Positions 1-9,935 are shown, numbered from the stretch's first letter. The stretch: 58,239 nt of DNA from a virus (IMGVR_UViG_3300014208_000048:1-58239), one strand, 5' to 3'. Notes: generated by a model from the sequence alone, not told the origin. Translations and numbers: made by a program.

Positions 1-49
1 AAACAATTTTGAAAATCTTTTAAGCTTTTGTATATTGTATGATATTTAT

Positions 50-122
50 GCACCCATGGCTCAATTGGTAGAGCAACTGACTCTTAATCAGTGGGTTCCA
101 GGTTCGAGTCCTGGTGGGTGCA
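50..122 (+). tRNA. tRNA-Lys (anticodon CTT); integration target, CCA not encoded
   Basis: Cloverleaf: acceptor GCACCCA/TGGGTGC, D arm GCTC/GAGC, anticodon arm ACTGA-CTCTTAA-TCAGT, T arm CCAGG-TTCGAGT-CCTGG. Confidence 0.97.
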
Positions 123-123
123 C
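78..123 (+). repeat. attL core (46 bp)
   Basis: TGACTCTTAATCAGTGGGTTCCAGGTTCGAGTCCTGGTGGGTGCAC, identical to 58117..58162. Confidence 0.95.
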
Positions 124-153
124 AAAAAAGCCCCGCGAATGCAGGGCTTTTTT
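124..153. terminator. Bidirectional intrinsic terminator between tRNA and integrase
   Basis: AAAAAAGCCC...GGGCTTTTTT hairpin between convergent genes. Confidence 0.8.
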
Positions 154-178
154 AATGTCCTCTAACTCACCGCAATTT

Positions 179-207
179 TTACTGTCTAAAAACTGTCTTT
201 TTTTCCA
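179..207 (+). repeat. Candidate integrase arm-type sites, copy 1
   Basis: TTACTGTCTAAAAACTGTCTTTTTTTCCA, identical to 58029..58057; contains tandem ACTGTCT. Confidence 0.75.
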
Positions 208-1222
208 GAGAATTTCCAAGATCGATTTTTTTGCGAATTGAATCTACATCGAACCATGCGTAGAACTTTAGCGTAGTGGCCGGGTTTGTGTGGTGTGATA
301 AAAAGTGGACTTCAGAAAGCGAGAGCTCTTTATTCTTTATTAGCGACGAGACATACGTTGCCTTCAAGCTGTGAATAACAAGTCCGTCTCTGAGTTTTAA
401 TTTGTCTTTCGCGTCAAGCATGAGTTTATCCATAGAGTGCTTGCTTCTGTAGTGAAAGACATAATCACCACGTTTCGATTTCTGCAATCTAGTAAGAAGC
501 TCATGCAGCCGTTCGTCTATCGGGTAATTCGACCAGCGACTTTTTTTCTGGTTGTAGTGTTTTATCACCCGACGATCGATATCAACTCTATCCCAAGTCA
601 AGTCGCAAGACTCCACGAGCCGAAACCCGGTGAAGAGGAGGAACTTTACTTGGTCGACAAAGTTGATATTCGGATAGCTGAATAACTTCTTAATATCTTC
701 TTCGTGAAATATTTCTACCGGCTCCTCGGGGGACTTGGACACGGCTTCGCTGGTATAGCGATACTGCTGAACATATCCCCTGTTTGCGGCCCACTTAAAA
801 AGTGCACGTAGATGCCTGGTAAAAAAACCGGAGTTCGATTTTCCGTATTTGAGCTCCAAGCTCTTCCGGAGCATGATTAGATCGTCCGTAGAGATGGAGT
901 CGATGATGGTTGACCCTAGAAACTCCTCAAGCTTGCCTACGGAGAGCTTGTAGAGGTATCTGGTGCTCTTTGATCTCATAGAGCCTTCCTTCTCCAGGAA
1001 CTCATCCAGGACCTGTCTTACGGTTCGGTTGTTCTTTACGTGCTGCGAGAATGTAAACGGATCTTCTTTCAGTCTAGACTGGACGCCATCTCTTATTGCG
1101 CGGGCTTTTGACCAGGCAGACTTATCTTTAGAGTTTAGCTTTAAGCTCTGACGGATACGGCCTTTAGCCGGATCGTAATAACTGAGGAAGATCTTGCCAT
1201 TATCCTCGTAGAGACTTGCCAT
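179..1222 (-). CDS. int: Tyrosine integrase
   Basis: FTGFRLVE (catalytic R), HSLK (HxxR variant), HHTNPATTLKFY (H...Y); adjacent to attL. Confidence 0.92.
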   Translation of the reverse strand: MASLYEDNGKIFLSYYDPAKGRIRQSLKLNSKDKSAWSKARAIRDGVQSRLKEDPFTFSQHVKNNRTVRQVLDEFLEKEGSMRSKSTRYLYKLSVGKLEEFLGSTIIDSISTDDLIMLRKSLELKYGKSNSGFFTRHLRALFKWAANRGYVQQYRYTSEAVSKSPEEPVEIFHEEDIKKLFSYPNINFVDQVKFLLFTGFRLVESCDLTWDRVDIDRRVIKHYNQKKSRWSNYPIDERLHELLTRLQKSKRGDYVFHYRSKHSMDKLMLDAKDKLKLRDGLVIHSLKATYVSSLIKNKELSLSEVHFLSHHTNPATTLKFYAWFDVDSIRKKIDLGNSLEKKTVFRQ

Positions 1223-1625
1223 AGTTTCTCCTATCGTTCCAGTATTCCTCCATTACAGAGGGGTCTAGTTCGAAAAAGTTGTAGAGTAGCTCAAATTTTA
1301 CCCGTAACCGGTCCTCGGTGAGCTTTACACCAGGCAGCGCCCTGACACAGAGTCTTTCGAGCACCCACCATAATTTTTGAGATACGGTGTCGAATTTGGG
1401 CGCATTGTCGTCTTCGTCGGAGAACAGCTCTGCGATCGGAACATTCAGGGCGTTGGCGATTAAGACTATGTTTTTGAGGGCTACATTTCGATCAGGTTGA
1501 TTTATGATCTCGTTAATGGTGACGTAATGGAGTTTTGTCGCCTTAGAGAGATCTACTTGGGTGGCTCCCTTATTTCTGAGGAGCCTGCGGATGTTTTCGG
1601 AAAGCAGTTGTTTTTCGCGTTTCAT
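1200..1625 (-). CDS. Xre/Cro-C1 HTH repressor
   Basis: NIRRLLRNKGATQVDLSKAT...IANALNVPIAELF HTH pattern; divergent from early operon. Confidence 0.88.
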   Translation of the reverse strand: MKREKQLLSENIRRLLRNKGATQVDLSKATKLHYVTINEIINQPDRNVALKNIVLIANALNVPIAELFSDEDDNAPKFDTVSQKLWWVLERLCVRALPGVKLTEDRLRVKFELLYNFFELDPSVMEEYWNDRRNYGKSLRG

Positions 1626-1822
1626 ACGACCTCCTTTATAGTAAGTAATTAATGAGTAATCTACTTCGTTAATTATTTTTTCTAAGGGGAAGATTTTACT
1701 TGCTTTTTTATAGTATATGTATTATATTATTAGCACTTGAACTAAGATACACACGCATACTCAAAAGAAGTGACACAATATATAATACAAACGTTAAGAA
1801 AGCAAGGAAAATATTAATAATA

Positions 1823-2038
1823 ATGCACGAAGGTGATGTTTTTTTATTAACAATCGAAGGCGCTGCAAAGGTAGTCGGAATTTCACCGCAATACATCAGG
1901 TCGGCGCTAGATACCGGCGAGCTGAAGTTTATGCCGATCGGAGCAAAGGGTAGGAAGATACCTACGTGGGCTCTACTGGAGTGGCAAAAGGGTGTAACTG
2001 AGGACGTGCAGCGTAGAATAAAAGGAGTTTTGCGTTGA
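1823..2038 (+). CDS. Excisionase-like HTH protein (start moved to ATG 1823)
   Basis: LLTIEGAAKVVGISPQYIRSALDTGELK...GRKIPTWALLEW pattern; first rightward gene. Confidence 0.75.
   Translation: MHEGDVFLLTIEGAAKVVGISPQYIRSALDTGELKFMPIGAKGRKIPTWALLEWQKGVTEDVQRRIKGVLR
1950..1965. promoter_or_regulatory. GTAGG-N6-CCTAC palindrome copy inside the excisionase-like gene
   Basis: GTAGGAAGATACCTAC. Confidence 0.5.
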
Positions 2039-2301
2039 GAAATACAAGAGCAAAAGAGCTTCGTCGGGCCGCTAAGGCTGTAACAAAGACGGTAAAACCG
2101 TCGCTTTATTTACAAGTCAGAAATCGCGTAATGAGATACATTTCCGGGAAAGATCAGGCCGGAGAGTCGATCGTGAAGTCGATGAAGATCGGCGGGACGA
2201 TCGTTCTAGCTAAAGGCAGCACGAGGAAGGTTTACCAGGAACTTAAAAAAGCATACCGAGTCTTCAAAAAGACCGGAGCATTCAAACCAGTGGGAGCATA
2301 A
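2035..2301 (+). CDS. Hypothetical basic protein
   Basis: AGGAG RBS, coupled to neighbours. Confidence 0.65.
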   Translation: MRNTRAKELRRAAKAVTKTVKPSLYLQVRNRVMRYISGKDQAGESIVKSMKIGGTIVLAKGSTRKVYQELKKAYRVFKKTGAFKPVGA

Positions 2302-2627
2302 TGAGCATTGAACAGTCTGTATACAGAAAAATTGTAGGCCTCAAGGAAGAGATGGAGGCGATTACTGCGGGGATTAAGTCTAGCGATATAATCCTGGACG
2401 TCGACGCAAAAATATCGGCGATTCGAATCTATGTCGGCGGACGCATTGTCGGGACGGACACCTCCGGCGAATCAAGCAGCATCTCGGGCGAGTTACACGA
2501 GGCCCTTGTTCTAGCTATCCGCGAGACTACCGCGAAACACAAGAGGCGGTTAATGAAGCGCTTGATGGCGACAGTCTCAAACGCACACATCCAAATTAGA
2601 GAAGCAATGAAGGAATCGAATGGCTAG
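2301..2627 (+). CDS. Hypothetical protein
   Basis: TAATG coupling, GGAG RBS. Confidence 0.7.
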   Translation: MSIEQSVYRKIVGLKEEMEAITAGIKSSDIILDVDAKISAIRIYVGGRIVGTDTSGESSSISGELHEALVLAIRETTAKHKRRLMKRLMATVSNAHIQIREAMKESNG

Positions 2628-3744
2628 AAAAAAAGAAGTTGTGACAATCCCGACGTGGTGGCAGAATAAAGATACGCTGCTCGGGGTAGTGATGTTTGCC
2701 GCGGATACACTGCAGAAGGGCGCGAAAGAGATCAGCGATATCGCCCTGAATCCGCATAAATATGAATCGATTTACAGGGAATACGTCGAGACGAACAATG
2801 AATTCATCATGCCGAAAGAGCATACGAAATTCGAGTTTCTCGATAGTCGGTTTTACAATATAGGCGGGACGTGGGTTCCGTCGGCAACGACAATCTTGTG
2901 GGCGTATCCATCCCCAGGTTTAACGGCGTTCATCGGTAGCGTCGGAACCGAGCAGGCAGAACTGAGAAAGATCATTGGCGGTGAACGCGGATCTAAGGTC
3001 CACGATGCGCTGCAGAACAACAAGAAGATCAGCCGACACATGTTCACCGACGAGGAATGGCTTCTTCTCATTCGTGCGAAATTATTTCTCGCGGCATACA
3101 ATCCAAAGACGATTCTCAACGAAGAGCCTGTATGGGATATTGAGACGGGATACGCCTGCCGATTGGACCGTGTCGTCAGAATGACGAGTAAAAACACGCT
3201 TATCGACTGGAAGACTGGTCATGTTGGCAGGGAGGCGTGGCTTCAGCTCGCCGCGAATAAAAATGCGATCGAAAAAACAAAACCTGGCTTGAAAATTGAA
3301 TCTTACGGAATCGTGGCCCTCAATGCTAGTGTTGACGCCGGGTGGAAATATTATCCCGCCGAGGAGACGAAGATGGCGAAAGATCTCATCAAGGGTGGGA
3401 TGACGCCGGAAGAAGCATTCAACGCCGTATACCTGAACGACTTCGAGGTGTTTAAGCACACACTGGCTGTTTGGCACGACGCATTCCGAAACGTGAAACC
3501 AAGGTCATACCCGGTTCCGCCTCCGGACGAACTCGATTTATTCGCACCATTATACGATCCGTCGGCAGATGCTACGCTTGTCGTCGAGGTCAAGGCTGAG
3601 CCGGCCATCGTTGCCGAGCCAGCGGAAGTAAAAGAAAACGCCCAAGCAACGCCGGCGGAGCAACCAGCAACTCAGCTTTTGGGCACTGAGACAACGGCTC
3701 CGATACCGGCAAAACGAACAAGAAAAAAGAAAGAGGTAGTCTAA
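2620..3744 (+). CDS. PD-(D/E)XK exonuclease-like recombination protein
   Basis: PSATTIL, RGSKVH, GYACRLD, LIDWKTG and LQLAAN motifs; low-complexity C-terminus. Confidence 0.8.
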   Translation: MARKKEVVTIPTWWQNKDTLLGVVMFAADTLQKGAKEISDIALNPHKYESIYREYVETNNEFIMPKEHTKFEFLDSRFYNIGGTWVPSATTILWAYPSPGLTAFIGSVGTEQAELRKIIGGERGSKVHDALQNNKKISRHMFTDEEWLLLIRAKLFLAAYNPKTILNEEPVWDIETGYACRLDRVVRMTSKNTLIDWKTGHVGREAWLQLAANKNAIEKTKPGLKIESYGIVALNASVDAGWKYYPAEETKMAKDLIKGGMTPEEAFNAVYLNDFEVFKHTLAVWHDAFRNVKPRSYPVPPPDELDLFAPLYDPSADATLVVEVKAEPAIVAEPAEVKENAQATPAEQPATQLLGTETTAPIPAKRTRKKKEVV

Positions 3745-4344
3745 ATGGGATTCGGAAGTCACGGAGAAGGAGCCACCTTTTTGACGGTCACGAAAGGCAA
3801 GATTGTCAACAAGAAGAAGAATATCAAGGCAGACTGGGTCGAGGGACTCATCACAAAGATTGAATTGAAAGATGGAACTTTTGAGAATCAAAAGACGCTC
3901 AAAGGGGAAGTCACGATCCTCGACATGAAGTCGAAAGAACAATTCAAACTTCAATTCTCGGCTGCGGGCTGGTATTCGCAGGGCTTCTTTGCTCGAACGC
4001 CGAACTTGAATTTTTCGCTTCCAACATTCATCGGCGCATTCGGACCGAAGGACGATGATAAAAAGGGAACCGAAGATGCAAGCAAGGTTTCATTCTGTTA
4101 CATGAAACAGAACGGCGCAAAGATCGAAAAGATCGTCGGAACACCGCAACCGGAGAAGGTGACATTCAATCGGCAAGAACAAACCAGTTGGGATAAATTC
4201 CTGGCTTTCGCCGAAGTGGAAGTCGCAAGAATCAACGCTAAGCTGAAGGAGCTCGGAGTATTCTCAGCCGAAGCTGCGGAAACCAACACGGGAGAAGAAG
4301 GCCATGCAGTCAGCAATGCTAAGGAAGATGATCTCCCATTCTAG
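3745..4344 (+). CDS. Single-stranded DNA-binding protein-like
   Basis: Acidic C-terminal tip EDDLPF; follows the exonuclease. Confidence 0.65.
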   Translation: MGFGSHGEGATFLTVTKGKIVNKKKNIKADWVEGLITKIELKDGTFENQKTLKGEVTILDMKSKEQFKLQFSAAGWYSQGFFARTPNLNFSLPTFIGAFGPKDDDKKGTEDASKVSFCYMKQNGAKIEKIVGTPQPEKVTFNRQEQTSWDKFLAFAEVEVARINAKLKELGVFSAEAAETNTGEEGHAVSNAKEDDLPF

Positions 4345-4542
4345 TGAAGCAGACAGGAGAGAAGTTTTAAGTGAATTATCATCAGACGTCATAGCGTGGG
4401 GAATCCAGTGGTATCTAAACTCGGCGGGCTCATTATCTGAGCTCGCCGATGTTTGGCGCAACCACGAGCTTGATCTGAAATTTCTAAACAAATATGATGC
4501 GAGACGCATTGTAGACCTAAAGAATAAAAGGAAGCTTGAATT

Positions 4543-4827
4543 ATGCTAGAACCAAAGACGATAATATTGTCTCCATCGAAAAACACTCTTACAATACACT
4601 CCAACGACACTGACGTTGAGGTTCCATGTGCTGACTCCGGAATGCTTATCCTGTCAACCGGACACGCTGTTCAGTATCACTTTAATAATGCTGAGTCGAA
4701 AATGATCTTTAATCTTGCCTCCGGAGTAGCAGCGGGAATAGAAATCATCAAAGGTATCGAAGAGACTATCCATCTAACGGAAAGCGCGGCGTTCGTCGCA
4801 GATGTGTTGAGCTACTACAAGTTTTAA
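4543..4827 (+). CDS. Hypothetical protein
   Basis: ATG ORF in operon orientation. Confidence 0.55.
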   Translation: MLEPKTIILSPSKNTLTIHSNDTDVEVPCADSGMLILSTGHAVQYHFNNAESKMIFNLASGVAAGIEIIKGIEETIHLTESAAFVADVLSYYKF

Positions 4828-5265
4828 CCCGGCGACAATAGATTAATATTAATTAAAATTACTTTTGACGGCGCATTCGTGTGCCCTGGAGGATATAGTG
4901 GTAACGCTAAGAGTTTATGTTTTATTTATCGTGACCGCGGTGATGTATTTTGTATGCGGTCCATTCCTCGTTGTTTTGAATCTCCTCGGTGTAAAAGATC
5001 CATACTCGGCGTTTGAAAAAATGGTGAAGTCTTATGACTACGATAAAAAGTGATGCGAAAACAAGGATTAGGAACGAATGGGTTGATCGAGATAAGTGCT
5101 GCGAATGTAGGTCGGCGGCATGGGTGTCTTCCGGAGATGATGGTCACAGGTATTGCATCCACTGCAAAGGCGAAATGGTTCGGCGCGGCCTAGCCGAGAT
5201 TGGTAGCGGTTTTACGACGAAACATCACCACTGCAGCAAAAAGAAAATATTAAAAGGAGAATCCA

Positions 5266-6825
5266 ATGATCGGGATAATCGATCTCGTGAGGAAGGACCT
5301 AACGATAGAGTTCGAGTATCGAGAGGATCTAGTGAATGTAGTCCGACAGTCGTTCCCGGTGAAGAGGTTCGACAAGGAGAAGCGTGTGTGGGTGATACCG
5401 AAGTCGTACGGCCGGCTTGTGAAGAAATTCTTTGAAGAGAATCCCGAGTTCCATTTAACCGACGAGGCTAAAAAGTGCGTGATGATGTCTAGAGAAAACG
5501 ACATTCATCTTGAGCCAAATCTTGAGTTCGGGGCAAAGAAACCATACCAACATCAAATCGACGGCGTCAAAATTCTCGTGAAGAACAATCGCATGATCCT
5601 CGGGGACGAAATGGGGCTCGGCAAGACTCTACAGTCTCTCGTTGCCGCAAAAGCGTATTCTAATGCGGGATTTAGGGCTGTAGTATTAAGCCCAGCCTCA
5701 CTCGAAGACAACTGGATGATCGAAGCGGCAGATGTCGGTATAGAAGTAAGCGTCTACAGTTGGAACAATATTCCAAACGAAGACGATGTCGGTGGCAAAT
5801 TTATTCTTGTCGCAGACGAAGCGCATTACGCGCAGTCCGGCGGAAGATCAAAGCGTGGGTCTGAATTTTTAGCGCTGGCAAAGAGTGATCTCTGTGTTGC
5901 TTGCTATTGCTTAACGGGAACGCCGATGAAGAATGGTCGACCAATAAACTTATTTCCGCTACTGGTCGCCGTCAGGCATCCGCTTGGAGAACAAAAAGAA
6001 TTTTACGAACGCAGATATTGCGACGCGAAGAAGACTAGATTCAGCCGGTGGGATACGAACGGGTCAAAGAATCTAGACGAGTTGCACGATATGATTAAAG
6101 ACGTCCTTCTCATTAGATACAAAAAGGACTGCTTGGACCTGCCCGAGAAGATGAGGTCAAAAGTATTTATCAAGCTGTCAGCGAAGGCCCGGACGTGGTA
6201 TAATGAAAAAATGAAGGAGTTGAAGGGTGTCTACGAACAGCGTCTTGCTTCCGGAGAAATTCAAGAGGGGGGCGAGGCGGTAGTCATGCTTAACAATGTC
6301 AGGCAGTCGGCATCGATAGCAAAATGTGAATACGCGATCGAGAAGGCAAAGGAAATCTTGGACCAGGGCGAATCAGTCGTGATCTTCACCTACTACCAAG
6401 CGTCCGCAAAAATACTGGCGGCGCAGCTCGACGGTATACTGTTGACGGGCGATACTCCACAGAAGGATCGACAAGGTCTAGTTGAAGCTTTCCAGTCAGG
6501 AAAGAAGAAGGTGTTCGTCTACACGATGGCGGGCGGAGTGGGTATAACTCTCGTCAAGTCTCATTACGGGATAGCCGTAGACAGGCCGATGACGCCGGGC
6601 GACGCAGTTCAAATAGAAGACCGTATCCATCGCATCGGGCAAGGATCGCCGGTTACGTGGTATTGGCTGCAGTGTAACGTTGTGGACCAGGCAATCGATG
6701 AGCTGATTGAGTCAAAGCAGGACAATATAGATCTGGTCCTGAAGGGAAAGAGAAAAACAATCTCCAGAGGAATGTCGCAACGAACGCTTGCGCTGGAGCT
6801 TCTCGAACTAGCATACGAGGTATAG
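5266..6825 (+). CDS. SNF2-family (HARP/SMARCAL1-like) helicase
   Basis: DEMGLGKT, DEAH, LTGTP, QIEDRIHRIGQ motifs. Confidence 0.93.
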   Translation: MIGIIDLVRKDLTIEFEYREDLVNVVRQSFPVKRFDKEKRVWVIPKSYGRLVKKFFEENPEFHLTDEAKKCVMMSRENDIHLEPNLEFGAKKPYQHQIDGVKILVKNNRMILGDEMGLGKTLQSLVAAKAYSNAGFRAVVLSPASLEDNWMIEAADVGIEVSVYSWNNIPNEDDVGGKFILVADEAHYAQSGGRSKRGSEFLALAKSDLCVACYCLTGTPMKNGRPINLFPLLVAVRHPLGEQKEFYERRYCDAKKTRFSRWDTNGSKNLDELHDMIKDVLLIRYKKDCLDLPEKMRSKVFIKLSAKARTWYNEKMKELKGVYEQRLASGEIQEGGEAVVMLNNVRQSASIAKCEYAIEKAKEILDQGESVVIFTYYQASAKILAAQLDGILLTGDTPQKDRQGLVEAFQSGKKKVFVYTMAGGVGITLVKSHYGIAVDRPMTPGDAVQIEDRIHRIGQGSPVTWYWLQCNVVDQAIDELIESKQDNIDLVLKGKRKTISRGMSQRTLALELLELAYEV

Positions 6826-6826
6826 A

Positions 6827-7075
6827 ATGGCAAGAACTTATATCGTTATTTCTGGCGGCGGGCTGATCGTGAACGATCCAAGCAATCTTCGAATTGGATC
6901 AAAGCAATCGCCGATTTTTTCACTATACGAGGGTGGAGCAATGCCGCAGAAGTTCCTGGGTCACTTCACGAGCAACGAAGACGTAAAGAGATTCATTCAA
7001 ACGAGAGAAAATATCGGTGCGGCCAAGAATGCAACAACAGAAACGAAGAATTCTTCGGAGGCTCATGGCTTATAG
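6827..7075 (+). CDS. Hypothetical protein
   Basis: GAGG RBS, starts directly after the helicase. Confidence 0.55.
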   Translation: MARTYIVISGGGLIVNDPSNLRIGSKQSPIFSLYEGGAMPQKFLGHFTSNEDVKRFIQTRENIGAAKNATTETKNSSEAHGL

Positions 7076-7253
7076 GGTTGTAAAGTTAACCGGCACGTAT
7101 TATGCGCTAGAAGGAGATCTGAATGAAATTATCGAGGATGCAAAGGTGTTGGTTTCAGAAGGCACACCGGTGATAATTGTCGACGAGCTCGAAGATCTCG
7201 AAGCATTATGTATTTTCGACCTGCCGATCATGGCTGGCGCGGATTTAATATAA
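7065..7253 (+). CDS. Hypothetical acidic protein
   Basis: GGAGG RBS before ATG 7065. Confidence 0.55.
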   Translation: MAYRVVKLTGTYYALEGDLNEIIEDAKVLVSEGTPVIIVDELEDLEALCIFDLPIMAGADLI

Positions 7254-7288
7254 AACGTTTTTACTAAAGGAGTGCGGATATAAAAGTT

Positions 7289-7585
7289 ATGATAAAAATT
7301 CCAGGAGTTAATTATTTTCACACACACCCACGGATGGAGACAAAGCTTGGCGTAGACGTGAACCACGTGATCGTAGACGAGAAGGACTACCGCGAAGTGC
7401 TGCTAGCTTTGAATGGTGATAAAATCACTATCAGTGAGGCGACGTTTAATAAAAATACCGCCGACATGCTTCTCGAATACTCGAAGTGGTTAAGCGGAAG
7501 CGGGTCCATTACTTCAACAATTTGTATACCAGATCTTGTGCCAGCATTCTTTAGATCAAAGGGAAAGGAATCAAACCATGTCTAA
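7289..7585 (+). CDS. Hypothetical protein
   Basis: ATG ORF in operon. Confidence 0.6.
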   Translation: MIKIPGVNYFHTHPRMETKLGVDVNHVIVDEKDYREVLLALNGDKITISEATFNKNTADMLLEYSKWLSGSGSITSTICIPDLVPAFFRSKGKESNHV

Positions 7586-7745
7586 CGCACGAAAGGCCGC
7601 AGAAAGCATTCGTGGATACGCATGTATAATTACAAAAAAGCTGTCAGACAGGGAATACCTGGAGGCGATAGAGAGTGTTGTAGAAGACCTAAATGATCTT
7701 GCCGCGGCAAAGCGGCTTGAGTTGGAAAGCAAGGAGAAGTTTTAA
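7578..7745 (+). CDS. Hypothetical protein
   Basis: AAGGA RBS before ATG 7578. Confidence 0.55.
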   Translation: MSNARKAAESIRGYACIITKKLSDREYLEAIESVVEDLNDLAAAKRLELESKEKF

Positions 7746-7749
7746 CCGT

Positions 7750-9081
7750 ATGAGTAGCGTAACAATCGAAGGAACTCGGGCAGTTTTGAGCTGTCTCGAA
7801 GAACAAGAGATCAACGAATATTTCTTTAAGGTGAGCGACGATGAGCTCTACAAGAAATTGAAAAATGTCATTGGCATCGGCGTCGCGGTGTTAAATAGGG
7901 TTGAAGTTTCCAGAGATGTCGAATTCGTTAAGAAGCAGGTCGACGGAATGATCGAGTCGTTCAAGCACACCGTATCAATGCTGGAGAAGGATACGGCGGC
8001 ACAGATGACGAGTTATCTTGAGGCGTCGTTCTCAGCAACAGGCGACAAGTCGTATCTGAAGAAGACGGCGGACTTTATCCGTGACAAATTGGCATCGGTG
8101 AATTCAGAAGTGAAATTAATTATTGATAATGCGTCAAAGGTTTCAAGTGACAAGCTAGTCTCCATCGAAGCTGGTATCAAAAGCGCGGAGACAAATTTCG
8201 ATCCAAACCTTGAGTCCTCATACCTCGGTAAAGTTAAGCAAACGTTGAATAGTGCGGTTGACCGCATTGACTCGCTGCTCGATGAACGAAATAAAGACTC
8301 CTTCGCATCAAAACTCAACGACCAAACAGATAAATTATTCGGGGTAGATTCTCCCGTCATTACTGTCATTAGGACAGTCATGGAAAACTACGTTTCCGAG
8401 TTCAATAAAGAAATAATTTCCCTCCGAGAAGAGATCGCCCGCAAAGAAGGTGAACGCGAAATGCTGCAGCAGACAGCAGTAGTTAAGGGTGCAATATTCG
8501 AAGAAGAACTGTTCGGAAAACTTGAAGAGATCGCTCAAAAATACGGCGATATTGTTGAACGAACAGGAACAGAGGTGAACGCATCATCCTCTAAAAAGGG
8601 TGACTACGTGTATTCGTTTTCAGGTGGGAAAAAGATCGTCATCGAAGCAAAGGACGAAGCGATCGGTGTGAAACCGATGCAAAAATATCTCGACGAGGCT
8701 ATGAATAATCGCGAGGTAGATTTTTCGATACTTGTGACAAAAAGCCAGGACCAACTGCAGAAGCAAGTTGGCATGTTAAACCTGTATGACGGAAATAAAT
8801 TATTCGTCAGCGCAGATTTTGTGGAGTTCGCTCTTCGATTCGCACGCCTCTATGTGACGGCAGTGAAAACCGAAACAGCCGAAGGAATTGACAAAGGAAA
8901 ATTTACACAGGTGTTGGCTACGATAAATTCGCAGTTTACAAATTTCAAATCGATTAAGCAAAAATTAACATCAATGCAAACATCCGTCACGACATCCGTA
9001 ACGGCTGTCGGAGAGTTGCTTGACGGCGTAAAAACTCAGGTCGAAGCTCAAATCGAGGAGCTAGAAAGTATGGTCGATTGA
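7750..9081 (+). CDS. Coiled-coil protein with restriction-endonuclease-like PD-(D/E)XK domain (RmuC/DUF2130-like)
   Basis: Long heptad regions flanking KGAIFEE...KKGDYVY...IVIEAKD. Confidence 0.65.
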   Translation: MSSVTIEGTRAVLSCLEEQEINEYFFKVSDDELYKKLKNVIGIGVAVLNRVEVSRDVEFVKKQVDGMIESFKHTVSMLEKDTAAQMTSYLEASFSATGDKSYLKKTADFIRDKLASVNSEVKLIIDNASKVSSDKLVSIEAGIKSAETNFDPNLESSYLGKVKQTLNSAVDRIDSLLDERNKDSFASKLNDQTDKLFGVDSPVITVIRTVMENYVSEFNKEIISLREEIARKEGEREMLQQTAVVKGAIFEEELFGKLEEIAQKYGDIVERTGTEVNASSSKKGDYVYSFSGGKKIVIEAKDEAIGVKPMQKYLDEAMNNREVDFSILVTKSQDQLQKQVGMLNLYDGNKLFVSADFVEFALRFARLYVTAVKTETAEGIDKGKFTQVLATINSQFTNFKSIKQKLTSMQTSVTTSVTAVGELLDGVKTQVEAQIEELESMVD

Positions 9082-9935
9082 TGGATGGGTGGGTAAAGGT
9101 TCACAGGAAAATCCTGGAGAGTCCTGTCTTTGAAAATCCAAACCTTTTTGCGGTTTGGATTTACTGTTTAATGAGGGCTACATACAAATCGCGGAAGGTC
9201 CTCTCGAAGAAGAAAGAGATGACGCTTTTGCCTGGACAATTTCTCACTGGGAGGGCGGCTGGAGCCCGTGATTGTAAGATGGCTCCGTCGACTTTTTGGG
9301 ACGCAATTCAGACGTTAAAGTCCTTAGAAATGGCCGACATCCGGTCCGACAGCCTTGGATCTCTTATTACTATTGTCAACTGGGAGCGATATCAAGGTTC
9401 TGACGATGAGCCCGACAGCGATTTCGACAGCCAACCGACAGCGCTCCGACAGCGCTCCGACACTAACAAGAAAGATAAGAAAGAAAAGAATGTTATTAAG
9501 GGACGAAAAACTGATCTGGTGGAAAGACCGAAAGACTCGGTTGGTGAGGAATACAAAAGCAGGTGGAATAGGTTTGTGGAAATATGCAATGCTCGGTTCC
9601 ACTCAAACCTCCGCCCCGTCATCGAGATTGGCCCGACTCGTCTTCGGCAGATGAGGCCCGTCGTAAGCAGGGAGTCCTTCAACTTTAATTCGATAGCAAA
9701 AGAGATCATGCGATCGAAGTGGTTACTTGGATTGAAGGACGGCAGCTCGGGCATCGAGTTCGACTGGATCTTTTGCGATCCAAATAATTACGTGAAGATC
9801 TTGGAGGGGAAATACAGCGACTCCAAGAAGGTTGGCCGGAGGGGGAGAACTCCGACAAGCATTTTAGCTGGAATATCGACCCCGGGAGCCGTGCCCGACA
9901 TCAAGAAAATATATCGAGATATAAAAAATTTGTAA
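9081..9935 (+). CDS. Phage replication initiator
   Basis: N-terminal GWVKVHRKILES, ITIVNWERYQ, C-terminal FDWIF..NNYVKILEGKY; upstream of DnaB. Confidence 0.85.
   Translation: MDGWVKVHRKILESPVFENPNLFAVWIYCLMRATYKSRKVLSKKKEMTLLPGQFLTGRAAGARDCKMAPSTFWDAIQTLKSLEMADIRSDSLGSLITIVNWERYQGSDDEPDSDFDSQPTALRQRSDTNKKDKKEKNVIKGRKTDLVERPKDSVGEEYKSRWNRFVEICNARFHSNLRPVIEIGPTRLRQMRPVVSRESFNFNSIAKEIMRSKWLLGLKDGSSGIEFDWIFCDPNNYVKILEGKYSDSKKVGRRGRTPTSILAGISTPGAVPDIKKIYRDIKNL
9334..9463 (+). repeat. Iteron-like repeats, probable replication origin
   Basis: CCGACAGC-like units at 9334, 9346, 9412, 9424, 9435, 9446, 9457, followed by an A-rich tract. Confidence 0.75.

Noticed and set aside
35-241. 68-aa ORF
   Set aside because: Shadow of the tRNA and terminator.
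2620-3744. Cas4
   Set aside because: PD-(D/E)XK motif is present but the four Fe-S cysteines are not; context is a recombination module.
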